64,000 nt of DNA from Epithemia pelagica (Eukaryota > Protista > Bacillariophyta). The stretch lies in contig OX337234.1 of NCBI GenBank assembly GCA_946965045.2, positions 1,178,001-1,242,000 of the forward strand. The letters run 5' to 3'. The notes below the pieces were generated by a model. That model was not told the DNA's origin and did no database searches. It worked only from the letters and a program-made list of their open reading frames with translations. Below, piece by piece: positions 32,118 to 44,175 of the stretch. Numbering within the stretch: position 1 is the stretch's first letter; each line of letters opens with the position of its first letter. Both the position numbers and the translations under genes were made by a program.

Positions 32118-34628
32118 ATGCCAATGTCGACTTGGTCGTTGGTCCACCGCCGGAGAATACGACACTCTTGTTCGTGTTGTTTCAAGAGACTCTCCTTTCG
32201 CTGGTTTGTGGGGTTCCTAACTCTTTTCGGTTCCTTTCGGACTCCAACAACAACAACAACAACGACAACAACAGTTGTCCAGGCTTCCAATCCGTCGTCG
32301 GTAATGGCGGTTGCACCTCCTCGAGGTTCCAAAACACACCACCACAAGAAACCGAACAAGGACAAGGACACGACGATCGGTCGAAAGGGAATTTTCCGAT
32401 ACAATATATGCAATGGCTTGTCGAATCAACTCTTGTATCATGCCGCTTCGATTGCCCAAGCCATTTCCCAAAACTATGCCGTGGTCGAAATACCCGACTA
32501 CTTTATTTTGCAAGGCGTCCAAGTCTCGAATGCCACGGTCTTGCCCACCAAAACCAATGCTATACACTTTGGACATGTCTTTGATGCCGACTACTTTGTA
32601 TCGTCGCTCCTACAAAAATTTGGCATTCAAGGAAGGTTGGTTCGATTCTGGTCGTCGTCCTCACAACAACTCAACAACAACCAGTCCATTCCACACTGTA
32701 AAGGAATGGCAAGTTTGCAGGCGGCTCCTGCCGATACGATGCAAACCATTCTCGACTTGTTTCGACCGTCTCCCCAACACATGCAGCCCTTGATTGATGC
32801 CATTTTGTCCAAACTCGAGTCGTCGTCGTCGTCGTCCTCGGTGGGAACGGGTGTTTGTTTGCACCATCGCGATGGACAAGATTGGCATGATCATTGCAAA
32901 CGATGGACGTCCATTCCCGATGGGATTTATCGAGGCAATTGTCTAGGAGTTCCGGGACAATCCCTCCTCGAAACGGTCCAATCTCGTGGCTTGCAACCCG
33001 GACGATGGGGATATTATTGTGGCGACCATGTCATTCCCTCCCAACTCCTCCTCAATACAACGACTACGACGACATCACAAGGTGTTCCCATGACATCGCG
33101 ACAAACCATTCTCGATTCCTGGGATGACAATCACATGCTTCAAAAGGCCTTGCTCCATCAACAAACGGTGCTGTCGCAGAATTATCCTGAGTTGGCCTTG
33201 GATCTTGACCAGGCTCGTGATTTTTGGGCCTTGCTGGATTTTTATGTATGTCGGACCTTGCCCTACTTTGTCGGAAACTCAGTGTCAACGTTTTCGGCCA
33301 TTCAAATTGCGCTACGCAAGGGACATGGAGCCTATTGGTACAATTCACAATCGATACCCTTGCAAGAAATGTGGCCCGTCTTTCCAGTTCCCATTGTCTA
33401 TACCTATACCGAACTATCGGCCACCACGGGCAAACATCTCTTGCAAACCTCCATCGAGTCGGTCCGCTCGCACATGCCGGAAAATAAGGTTCATATTCTA
33501 TACCATGGACGAAACGATACCAAATTCAAAAGCTGGCTTCAAAGCCGCAATGTCATTATCCATGACCATGATCCTCCCTGGCGAAACAAGATTGAAGAAA
33601 TGAGATTGAACGGGGACGCCAATACGTCGAACTTGTTTTTGCATTCGGGAAATTACTTTGGTACGTGGCAACGGATTGATATTCCCATGTTCTTGGAGAC
33701 GGAATATGTGCTCCTGCTGGATTCCGATACCATTATCCGCAAGCCCTTCACCTTGGCCGACTTTGGTCTGAATCTTACCTACGGAATTGCCATGAGCTCG
33801 GAGATCAACTTTGAAGACACTGTCCCCTCGAATGCCGGTGTCATGTTAATGAATATACCTCATCTTCGACACACTCACAAAGAGTTCATGGCCTTTATCA
33901 TGAGACATGTTCCAAAGGGAAGGTTTGATCACCCATCACCCAGTGATCAAGGTGCCTACTTGGTGTTTTACAATGACACGGTCCGATTTCTATCTCCCTA
34001 TTTCAATTTCAAACCATACTGGGAAGTCCAGGATCGAATCTTTCAACGCGCCCATGTGATTCATTACCATGGACCCAAACCTCATGATTACATTCGCTTC
34101 ATTATGGGCAAGGGCTGTGACAAGGCTGTCAAATTCCTGTGTGCCAGAGGGATCCGAATGACACCCTCACTGCTTTGTCAGTCCCTGAGAGTCTTTGCTC
34201 GAACGAGCATGTCGGTGAATCGAACTGCCTACTGTAAGGCATCCTTTCAACACCCATCACAAGCTGCCTTTTGCCAGGAACTCTTTGAGCACATGTCGTC
34301 TTCCTTTCATGGATGCCAAAACTTTTATGGGCTTATACGAGACGCACTGGATTCCGTTCCACCCTTTTTGAAACTCCCCCGCCAATTGATTTTGAAGCGT
34401 TTAGGACTGGCCAGCGAACAGGGGATTCTGTACTGGATTCTACTTTATGGAACATCCATTGTTGTGTTTGGAACTTTGGCCGTGTACTTGGTCCGCATGA
34501 GGTCAAGGTCCACCATGACCCTTCTGAAAGCTTCTCTTGTCGTTGTTGTTGTTTGGTCAATCATGGCAGCTTTCTTGGCACTCTCCCATCTCGAAAATCA
34601 TGCAAAACAACTGAGCACAGTCGCATGA
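32118..34628 (+). CDS. Two-domain glycosyltransferase: O-fucosyltransferase-like plus GT8-like
   Basis: NGLSNQL, LHHRD.QDW, FVGNSVSTFS (O-FucT-like); LLLDSDT (DxD), NAGVMLMN, DQGAY, IHYHGPKPH (GT8-like); N-terminal anchor and C-terminal hydrophobic helices. Confidence 0.75.
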   Translation: MPMSTWSLVHRRRIRHSCSCCFKRLSFRWFVGFLTLFGSFRTPTTTTTTTTTVVQASNPSSVMAVAPPRGSKTHHHKKPNKDKDTTIGRKGIFRYNICNGLSNQLLYHAASIAQAISQNYAVVEIPDYFILQGVQVSNATVLPTKTNAIHFGHVFDADYFVSSLLQKFGIQGRLVRFWSSSSQQLNNNQSIPHCKGMASLQAAPADTMQTILDLFRPSPQHMQPLIDAILSKLESSSSSSSVGTGVCLHHRDGQDWHDHCKRWTSIPDGIYRGNCLGVPGQSLLETVQSRGLQPGRWGYYCGDHVIPSQLLLNTTTTTTSQGVPMTSRQTILDSWDDNHMLQKALLHQQTVLSQNYPELALDLDQARDFWALLDFYVCRTLPYFVGNSVSTFSAIQIALRKGHGAYWYNSQSIPLQEMWPVFPVPIVYTYTELSATTGKHLLQTSIESVRSHMPENKVHILYHGRNDTKFKSWLQSRNVIIHDHDPPWRNKIEEMRLNGDANTSNLFLHSGNYFGTWQRIDIPMFLETEYVLLLDSDTIIRKPFTLADFGLNLTYGIAMSSEINFEDTVPSNAGVMLMNIPHLRHTHKEFMAFIMRHVPKGRFDHPSPSDQGAYLVFYNDTVRFLSPYFNFKPYWEVQDRIFQRAHVIHYHGPKPHDYIRFIMGKGCDKAVKFLCARGIRMTPSLLCQSLRVFARTSMSVNRTAYCKASFQHPSQAAFCQELFEHMSSSFHGCQNFYGLIRDALDSVPPFLKLPRQLILKRLGLASEQGILYWILLYGTSIVVFGTLAVYLVRMRSRSTMTLLKASLVVVVVWSIMAAFLALSHLENHAKQLSTVA

Positions 34629-35172
34629 ATCATGTTTGCCAATGACAAAGGACAAGATACCAGACAGCATCTGAACATCCGTAGACAAATGCGCTCTCTT
34701 CACATCCGAGTAGGAAGTGACCGTCTTTCTGGGCGCTGGACGGATCTTTGGAGTCGCTCCATGGAGCAATATCACGTGTGATATAATTGTACGACTAGTT
34801 TTAATGTTACTATTAAATCGGAGCGCTACCGAAAGAATGGTTTATTGGTAGAGTCTCAGTCTTGGTATGGTGACCGATCATTGGAACTGTGCTTCGACGT
34901 TCTATTTTCTCAACCGCTAAGTCCTTGAACAGGAAGAAAGCCTCCCTAGAGGGCCTTGGGTGCCGATTCTAAGGGATTGTTTGCGCTTGTGCTATCGACG
35001 CACTTGTACGTTTGGGAATCGACGACTTTTACTCAAATTCACAGGGTGCTCTGACATTCTCCTCTGGCGGAGAAGAATTGGACTTGATTGCCCGAAACAA
35101 ATGATCGTGATGGAAACGTCGCCATTACAATGGAGGAGGATGGAGCCATGCAATAAAACGATCCAGAACGGA

Positions 35173-38100
35173 TCAATCATTATCTGGTCGTTCTTGCTGC
35201 CTTTGGTCATCCTGCACAGTGTGCAGCTCGGTCGTCACCAAATGCAGCTGACTAGCCAGTTGAGCAATCTCTTTTTCGAGGGCCACAATTTTTCCCTTAT
35301 TTTTTGCAAGTTCCTCGGTGGGGTTAACAAAAGCCATGGCCTGTCGACCCTCAGAACCTTCCTTTTGCTGCTCACTTGCTCTCACCTTTTGTTTCAACCG
35401 TTGCACTTCGGCTTCCAAAGATGTCATTTTGGCAGACTGAGCTTCGTGCTCTTCACGTGAAACAAGGTCCATGGTAGTTGTCCCTTCTTCATCAAGTTTC
35501 AGTGACAACAACGGCGACGACGCGCTATCGATGGCTGAATCATTGTTGACATCATGGGACGAAATAGTAGCACCGACAGGAAATGGTACCGGAGGAAGGT
35601 TCCATATCTCGTTTGTTACGGCTGTAGACGAAATGGTTGTGACAGAGGAAGACGAACATTGCCCTTCTTCGAGGGACAAATTCTGTGGCATAGAGACCAG
35701 GTCCGGTTGGAACAACTCCTTAGCCCTGGGAAGGGGAAGTTTCAAGGTTGCTGCAGCTAAAATTTCATAGAGAGCATAGTCGTGGCCTATTTGCTTGTCT
35801 CCATCCAAGACACGATAGAGTCTCGTCTTTTCTTTGGGGTTCATGATGCATTGGACGGCCCGCTCGGCAGCCGCAAAACCATCTTCTTGGACTTGTGTTT
35901 CAATGTGACTGGCACCACCCATGCGATAAGCTTGCCGTTTCCACCAACCTAGTTTTCGAAACGGAGAACCTGACAGCTTTTTTGAACCTTCTTTCATTGA
36001 GTTGACACTTCGACGAGTATGTGTGCTCTTGCTGTCATTGTCCGTAGATGCCATGTTGTGACTGGCCCACAAGATAGATCGACAGGTACGATCAAGTACG
36101 CCTTCCAATCCTCCGTCGTCGGCATGATAGATTTGCGCCAAGGCGGCAAAGTATGAAATGCGAGCAAACGGAATGAGGTCATCTCCGGCAAACTCTAAGA
36201 GTTGCGCAACCATGGATCCTGCGAAAGGTACAGGAACGACTTCCGCCATGGTTCGTGCCACTGCAGCAACACTCTGTATGCGACACACTTTTTGCGCAAT
36301 ACATTGAAGTCGTTGCTTGATGGATTAAGTTTGGGCGACGGCAATCACGTCGTTACGAAAGCCACTGGTGGTGGCTACATTGCCACTCGCAATAACTTCA
36401 CCGGCGCGAACATGGCTTCGCAACCGATCCAGCATGGATAGATAGAATGCCCAATAAAACGGATTAGATCGAATGTATTCCAATTCTTTGCTTTCCCATT
36501 CTTTGGTCCCGGCCTCCAGCAAAACCTTGTTCAGCAAGGACGGATTGGACGAAAGCAGACCAATGGCCAAGGCAGTATCTTGTTGTCCATGATTTTCGTC
36601 AGATACATCTTCGCCATTTGGGAAAATCGATGAAAAGACCGACTGTTTCCAATATAGCTGCTCCACAACGGAGGCTGATATAGTCGCCGTGGTGGTGTGG
36701 TTTACTGTTTCCTCCATTAGATCTGTGGTTGCGCTTGTGACTGTGGTTTCTGTTTCATCCTCGTCGTCTTGTGATGTTGTTGTGATCTCGGTTGCTACAG
36801 AAGGGCCAGCTTCTTCTGAGGGAGGTTTTCGTCGTGAAGAGCGGGATTCATCGTGTTCATCGATGGATGTTAATGGTATGACCGGGCTCGTATGAAGAGA
36901 CTCTTCTCCCATTGCATCTTGTCGAGACAATGAGTCATGGGACGTTTCATGGTCCTTCTTTTTGGTTTTCTTGTCCTTGCTCTTCTTGTGATGATGATCT
37001 CTCTGGTTGTGATGTTTTGTTTTGCTTTTGCTGGAAGTACTGTTTGTTGGACTTGCAGGTGTGGTGGTGGTGGTATCCTGAGGAGACGTGGGCTTGTCAC
37101 GCGTCATGTCCGATTCCAAGTGCGTCGGTGCATGCTTTGGTTTGTGTTTCTTCTTGTGCTTGGAGCCATGACGCTTGTTGGCTTGCTTCTGGGCTGCTGC
37201 AGCTATGGCTTCCGATGCTTGAATTTCTCGATCCACTTGATGTTGCAATTCCGCAATCGCATGTGCTAGAGGAAATCGATCGCGCGCATGTGCCATGGTA
37301 TTAAGATGCGTTTCGTGTCGTTGAATATCATCGAGCAAATCGGGAAGGGGACGGAATTTGTCATCTTGACACAAGGCTTGTAACCACGGCAAGAGTTCTT
37401 CGACCTGGGCGCCCTTCTTGAGCAACAACGCATGCGTTCTTTGCTCAGACCCTGGTGATGAAGGAAAATGATTCGAAGTGCTTGTCGTGGTATGCTGTTT
37501 CGCTTGCTGAATGACTTGTTCCAGTTCTTGAATGTCACGATCCAATTCGGCTCGACTAGAGTATTGGCTCTGTTAGAAGTACAACAAACATGAGACACCA
37601 CAAGAAGAAAGAGAACCAAGGTCAGATTATAGGTGAGACATGGAATGAAAGTACAAACTCCAATCCAGAGTGGCTTTTGTCGCACCTTGAGATAGTCTTG
37701 CTTGTCATAGAGGGCCAACGACGGAAGAGCGGAAAATCCCAAAATTCCGGCCGAACCCAATCCACCCACAACCACCAATCGATGAGCCAAGGCTACCACA
37801 GTACAATCGTATCGGGCTCGAGGCAAGGGTGTAGCTTGCCATTGTCCACCTCGTTGTGGATCCAATACATCAACTGTCTTGACGGTTTTGGGATGAGGAC
37901 TACCACGACTAACAGCATTCTCAACAGAAGTACTTTGAGTGTTGTTGTTGGTTCCTCCTCCGGTTTGTCCCCCAACGACCACCAAGCATGATCCTAACCT
38001 TGTCACAGCATGACCGGATCGACCACCCTCACCTCGACGATTCAAGGCCAATTCGGGTCGCGTCGTCCATTGAGGGGACGATCCAAACAGCAAGTCGGAG

Positions 38101-38711
38101 AGTGAGCCACTGGTCCGTGTCGCACCCGTAGTGTTTGAGTGATGTGGGTCGTAACATTGAAGGGTTTGGACCGAGGACAATTTTTGTCGCCCATTGCTTC
38201 CACCCACCACGTGGATGCTACTGTGCAAGACGGCGGCTCCAAAACGCCATCGGGGTTCATCGAGTCGGGGACCCGGATAGACTGTTTCAAAGACGGTATC
38301 GACAATGTCCACAGTACACAAAATCAAATGGTTCGAGTTGTCAGTGCCCTTGGACGACGATGACCGGCCTCCCAGAACGACAATATATCGATCAAATAGG
38401 GAGACAGCCGCACAGGCTTCACGAGGTTCGGTTAATTTACAATTCAATTTGGTCCAAAGTGTCTTCGAGGAGGATCCTGAGCGTCGTTTGGATGGTTCTT
38501 TCGATAATGGTTGTTCTGGTGCTGGATCCGTCTCGTCACTACTGTCTTCCCCGTCGTCAATCTCGTGGTTGGTTTGGTCGTCTTCTTGATGCTGCACTGC
38601 GTCTTGTTGCTGCAGTGCTTCCCCTAGCATGGCAATGGATATCCTTTCCATACTTGCCAAAGGTCGGTACCATTGTCCCATTCCTCCAATGGCATAAAGG
38701 ATTGATTGCAT
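35173..38711 (-). pseudogene. Kelch-repeat / coiled-coil protein gene with at least one intron and an in-frame TAA at 36325-36327
   Basis: Kelch repeats (IVVLGG, IHVVGG, LVVVGG); GT..AG intron at about 37684-37570; ORFs 36325-37545 and 35173-36288 are in the same frame, separated by one stop codon. Confidence 0.6.
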
Positions 38712-39447
38712 ACCACAGCCGCCAAATGGGTTCGTTTCGAATGCATCCGTGGTCCTATTTGCCAGGATGATGACGATGATGATGAATGGTGGTTACTGGA
38801 TGGCGCAGAAGACAATTTTGGAGGAGTTAAAACACAACCAACCATGTTTGGGGGGCTTTCTGTACGTGGTCCCATATGGTTACTTGAACCGATGCGTGTC
38901 CACTTTGTCCACCATGCAACAGAGATGGAAATTCCTCCGTCTTCCACTGTCCCGGAGGAATCCATTCCAAACCAGAATACAAGGCCATTTCATGATGTTG
39001 ACGATGTTCGGGGGGATGATGCAAGGAAGATGAGGCCTAACTTGTTTTTGGAAATACGCTGGTCATCGTGGTGATTCTTATTTTGAACAGAAAATCACTG
39101 GAAAGGTTTTTTACTGTCAGACTTGGATTGTTTCTCCCGTCGGCTGTCAAAAGAGAAATACAAAACGCCTTGTCGATTTGGGGGTTGTTCTCGTTGCTTG
39201 TAGATGTACTCTTCACCAAAAGATCTCTTCGCTTCTCGATGTTCGTTTTGTGATGTTCTTCATCAAAAACCTGAACCCTAAGGTGTCTTCTACCCAGAGC
39301 AGTTGCCGATTCCAAACACGAGGTTTCCGTTTCCCCTACTCCTATTTTCCCCTTGGAGAAAGGGCTAGGAGTGCAACAGATTGTCACGTTGACTAACATT
39401 GGGTTCGATGAATAATAATAAAATAGTTTTCCCTCTCCCTTTGGTGC

Positions 39448-41040
39448 TTAATACTCTTCGCCTTCTTCGGGTCCTTCCAAACTTTCGGCCGCCACTTCTT
39501 CGTAATCCTTTTCCAAGGCGGCCAAATCCTCACGAGCCTCCGAGAATTCACCCTCCTCCATACCTTCTCCCACATACCAGTGGACAAAAGCACGCTTCGC
39601 GTACATGAGATCAAACTTGTGGTCAATGCGAGACAAGGCTTCGGCAATGGCCGTCGTGTTGGAAACCATACACACGGCACGGTCAATATCGGCCAAATCA
39701 CCTTCGGGGACGCACACAGGCTTTTGGTAGTTGATACCACATTTGAAACCCGAGGGACACCAGTCGACAAACTGAATGGTACGCTTGTTCTTAATGGCGG
39801 CCACCGCTGCGTTGACTTCCTTGGTCACCACATCTCCACGGTACATGAGACAACACGCCATGTACTTGCCGTGACGAGGATCACACTTGGTCATCATGCT
39901 ACCAGGTTCAAACACCGTGTTGGTAATCTCTGCCACACTCAAGTTCTCATGACCGGCACGAGAACGAGAAATCACGGGAGCATAGGCAGTCAACATGAAG
40001 TGGATACGAGGATAGGGCACCAAGTTGGTCTGGAATTCGGTCACATCCACGTTCAAGGCACCGTCAAAACGAAGAGAAGCTGTCAAGGAAGAAATCACTT
40101 GCGCAATCAAACGATTCAAGTTCGTGTACGATGGATGCGTGATTCCAAGGTTGCGGTTGCAAACGTCGTAAAGAGCTTCATTGTCCAAGCAAAAGGTACA
40201 ATCTGTATGTTCCAAGAGGGCATGGGTGGAAAGGACCGAGTTGTAGGGTTCCACAACCGCGGTAGAAACCTTGGGAGCGGGTGTCACGGCAAAGGAAAGT
40301 TTGGACTTGCGTCCATAGTCGACACTCAAACGTTCCAACAAAAGACTTCCAAAACCGGACCCAGTTCCACCTCCCGTCGCATGGAAGACAAGGAACCCCT
40401 GAAGACCCGAACAGGCATCCGTCAACTTGCGAATGCGGTCCAAGACGGGATCAACCAATTCTTTACCAGTGGTGTAGTGACCACGAGCATAGTTGTTGGC
40501 CGCATCTTCCTTTCCATTGATAATTTGGTCAGGGTGGTAGAGATCTTTGTATTTCTATTGGAGAGAGAAGTGATTGTGAGGGGAAACCAAAAGAGAACGT
40601 GGTAGGCCCACTAGAGATCTCCTGCAGAACCATCTTACCGAAGAGCGCACTTCGTCGCAGACAGACGGTTCCAAATCAACAAAAACAGCACGAGGGACGT
40701 GCTTTCCCGATGAAGTTTCGCTAAAGAAGGTATTGAACGAATCGTTCTCGGTGCCCGGTGTGTCGTCGGAAGGCATGGTACCATTCGGATCAATACCATG
40801 TTCAAGACAATACAGCTCCCAACATTGGTTTCCGACTTGGATACCACCCTGTCCGAGATGAATCGAGATACACTCTGAATAATGTTAGGAACACAGGAAC
40901 AGCGAATACATGAGTAGGTGAAGCAAACAGCCGATGTGTGAAATCAGCAGCATTCAGGTCTGCTCGCGAAAACTGACGACCATGAGCACGACGATTCTTC
41001 CTCTTCCCAGTTTGTCTCAATACCTGGACATACCACGCAT
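39448..41040 (-). CDS. TUBA: Alpha-tubulin, copy 1 (exons 41040-41034, 40874-40639, 40554-39448)
   Basis: [35 protein letters not shown]...EEY; GT-AG introns read directly and phases are consistent. Confidence 0.96.
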
Positions 41041-42141
41041 TGTTGATAAAAGTAAATAGAGATTTGACAATCAAAGTCACAACAACAAGAAGCAGCAGCA
41101 GAAGCAGACCTCTCGTGACAAGAGGAAAGCACAAAACAGCGTTTTGTGAGAGATGTGCACGCGGAAGACGCGCCAACGCCGACGCCTACCGGCCGTTCGA
41201 CCACTGGTCGAAAACTCAAAAAGATTTTGGAAACGGGATTTGACTTTGTGTCACAATCGGAGTCTGCCACTCCCAAGCAGAGTGTGAGTCCTATTTGATC
41301 GTGATTCTTTTAGAAGAGTATTCTCATTCACTATCATGTGGTCTCTCATTATCCGCTAGGGCGTAATGAGTCGCCTTACTCGCCTATGCTCCTATGCCCA
41401 TAGCTATCCACCCACCTCCATAGCTTCTCGATCTCCTCCTATTACTCCTAGGAGTACAAGCAGAGACACACGAGAATGGGAAAGGGAATTCTATCACTGA
41501 GAACAATCTTCCAGCGAAGACTCTACACTCTAGTAGCAACATGCATCATGACTGAGAAGATTGACTTAGGAAGTTCATGCTCTGGGTCTTTTGCATTGAC
41601 GCCGCTTTGGTCGTGCAAAAGAACTGATGAGGACCGTTGTTTTGTGTGTTCATCCAAAGTCGCCGCCTCTGCCCGTGCATTCGTGAAGGATGGCCGCAAC
41701 GGAGCACGGCCTTCAAGGTGATGCATAGTCTGTATCATCCGCAAAAACCAGGTTTTCATTCGGAGGCAAGCCCCATCGCCAAGAATTCAAATGCTGATAC
41801 AGAGGCCTACGAGTACGTCGGCAACTTACCGCGTTGTTGATGGACGGAAAGCTGTTCGCTAGCCCTGTTCACAATCTTCAAATCGATGCAGAGGGCCATG
41901 ATACGAACCCCTTTACGTCTATACTTGTGCTCCTTGGTGCATCGCACGTGTAGATGCTGTGCCATCGAAGCAGCAAGAATGTGCCTTCTCACTTGCGAAT
42001 ATACGACATTGCCTGTTTCTTATTGGTTTTCACTCCTCCGTGCCCAAAGTCGTCCTCGGCCAGAAGAGGGGTGCGTGACGGATAACTGGACTTGCTAGTA
42101 GTACAGCGTTATCGTTGCAACTCGCGCGCGCTATCGATCGT

Positions 42142-43816
42142 TTATTGACATCCCGTGCTATACACTTCTTTAAAGTCTCGTTGGTGAACCCATGCATTGG
42201 CACCATATTTAATGCCAGAAATGACCGGCATGGCTTGATGCTCTGTTCGATCATCCCTTTCATTGGGATTTTCATCCAAGACGGAGGGCCACACGAGTGC
42301 TCGACCTTTCTTGGGCTCCACCGTCTGTATCAGGCAACAACAACAAGAACAGCCGAAGCACAACAAAACGTGAGAACAATGTCAAATGGGAGACCATGAC
42401 GAGTGCCAGCAGATGAAATGAGATCGTACCAGTCCCAAGTGGGGAAAGTTGGTAGCGCCACCTTCGTCCACATCATTCAAATACAAAAAGACGGTCAAGA
42501 TACGAACCCCCTGAAACCGATTCCGGTGAAAATCTATATAATCATGGTGCACTTCATAAAACTGCCCCGGTTCATCTGGATTGTTGGTTCGCAAAATACC
42601 GAATCATGGTGAGACCAAGAGGACGAAGCAAACACGACACCCAGCAAACACACAACGGCGGTTCCGTACATTTCAACATTTGGAGATACTCATAATTTCC
42701 AGAGGGTATTTGTAACATATCTTGCATGCGTTCGTGAACTGCAATTGTCACATTGTGTTCGGCACACGTTTCTGTGCACCCTGTTGTTTTATAGAGAAGA
42801 AAACCATGACAGGCCGGCCGCACGACAATTATACAAGGTGAGACGCATCGACGACCAAGCTGTAACCACGGATTGCGGATCTTGCACGTACATGCATTGG
42901 AGGATGTCCGACCGGAGGATTGTACCGACCCAAACGTGCCATCAAAGTTTTGCTCCCCCACGTCCTCACTGCGTTCGTAACCCTCGTCCGCTCCCAAGTC
43001 TCGTAGAATATCGCACTCCTCATGGGTCAAAAAGTCATCCAAATACACGACCCATGGTCCTTCAAAAATATCGAGATTGTCGGCGGGTGGGTTCGGTTGC
43101 GATAAAATGGTCACATTGTACTGTTGAAAGGCCGGATCGGTGACAATGCGCGTAAACATGGCATCCAAGTCTCCCGCCTTGGACCAAGCTTTGGGAGCCG
43201 CTTTATCAAAGGGACATCGTGTTTCAAAGCTGAGTTGTTCGCACGAGAAACAGGAGGGGGCACATTGCATTTCCATGAATTTTGGATTGTTTTCACATTC
43301 TCCCAACGCCGCCCAAAAGATGCACAATTCATCCCGGTTCTTGCAGTCATTTCGTACTTTGCGAAACTTGTCTTCGACAAATACTTGTTCGTACATGTAT
43401 TTATCGACTTGAGCTAAATAGGGTACGTCGTCCAAGCCAACCAATTGGGGTATCTCGCTGTAGATATTCGTCACTTTGGTGTTGGCAAAGTCGACATTGT
43501 CACACAACGAACATGTCTTGCGGCAATCCGTGCGCATGTAAGAAAACGATCGAATACACGAACTTTCCAAGCAGTCCGGTAACACGTCGAAACATTCTTC
43601 GTCATCGTCGTCCTCCTCCTTCTCCATTGGATCGTCGTCGCAGGTTTCGTCCGGGTTCGGATTCGAAGCCTTTTCTTGCTGTTTGGCGTCATTTTTCGCA
43701 GGAAGGGTCCCTTCTCGAGACGATGCGCCGACTCCAATCGTTGGAACAAATCGGGCGTCAACAAATACTGAAAGGAAACTGACACCAATAAGGAGAGTAT
43801 GTAGAAACAACATCAT
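42142..43816 (-). CDS. ShKT-domain prolyl 4-hydroxylase alpha-subunit-like 2OG-Fe(II) dioxygenase, multi-exon
   Basis: Signal peptide, two six-Cys ShKT-like domains, HHDY, RILTVFLYLNDVDEGGATNFP, PKKGRALVWP, TEHQAMPV..GIKYGANAW; exon boundaries not fully resolved. Confidence 0.87.
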
Positions 43817-44175
43817 GGTCCAGCCGTCTTTCTCAGTCGGAGTCCGTCAATAATGGGACAATCTGCGATCTGCGCCTTTTTGATCTTGTATCCTTGGTCT
43901 TTGGTTTTAGTCCTGAGTACCGTCATGCGCTCGCGCGCGCGGTCATCTGATGGGCTGGCGTTCAAGAAGGATCTTTTCCGAGGATGACCGTCTGACCGCG
44001 CACCCGTAAAAGATGAAGATAGCCAAAAAAAGACCGCGCGTTGAATGCAACAGCACACAACAACAACAACGAAGCAATCTTTCCTCTTGTCACGAGAGAT
44101 CGATTGAGTTGTTGTTTTGGCCTTGTTGCTGCCTGTTTTTATATCCATAGTTCCTTGTTTTTGCTCTGATCAACC

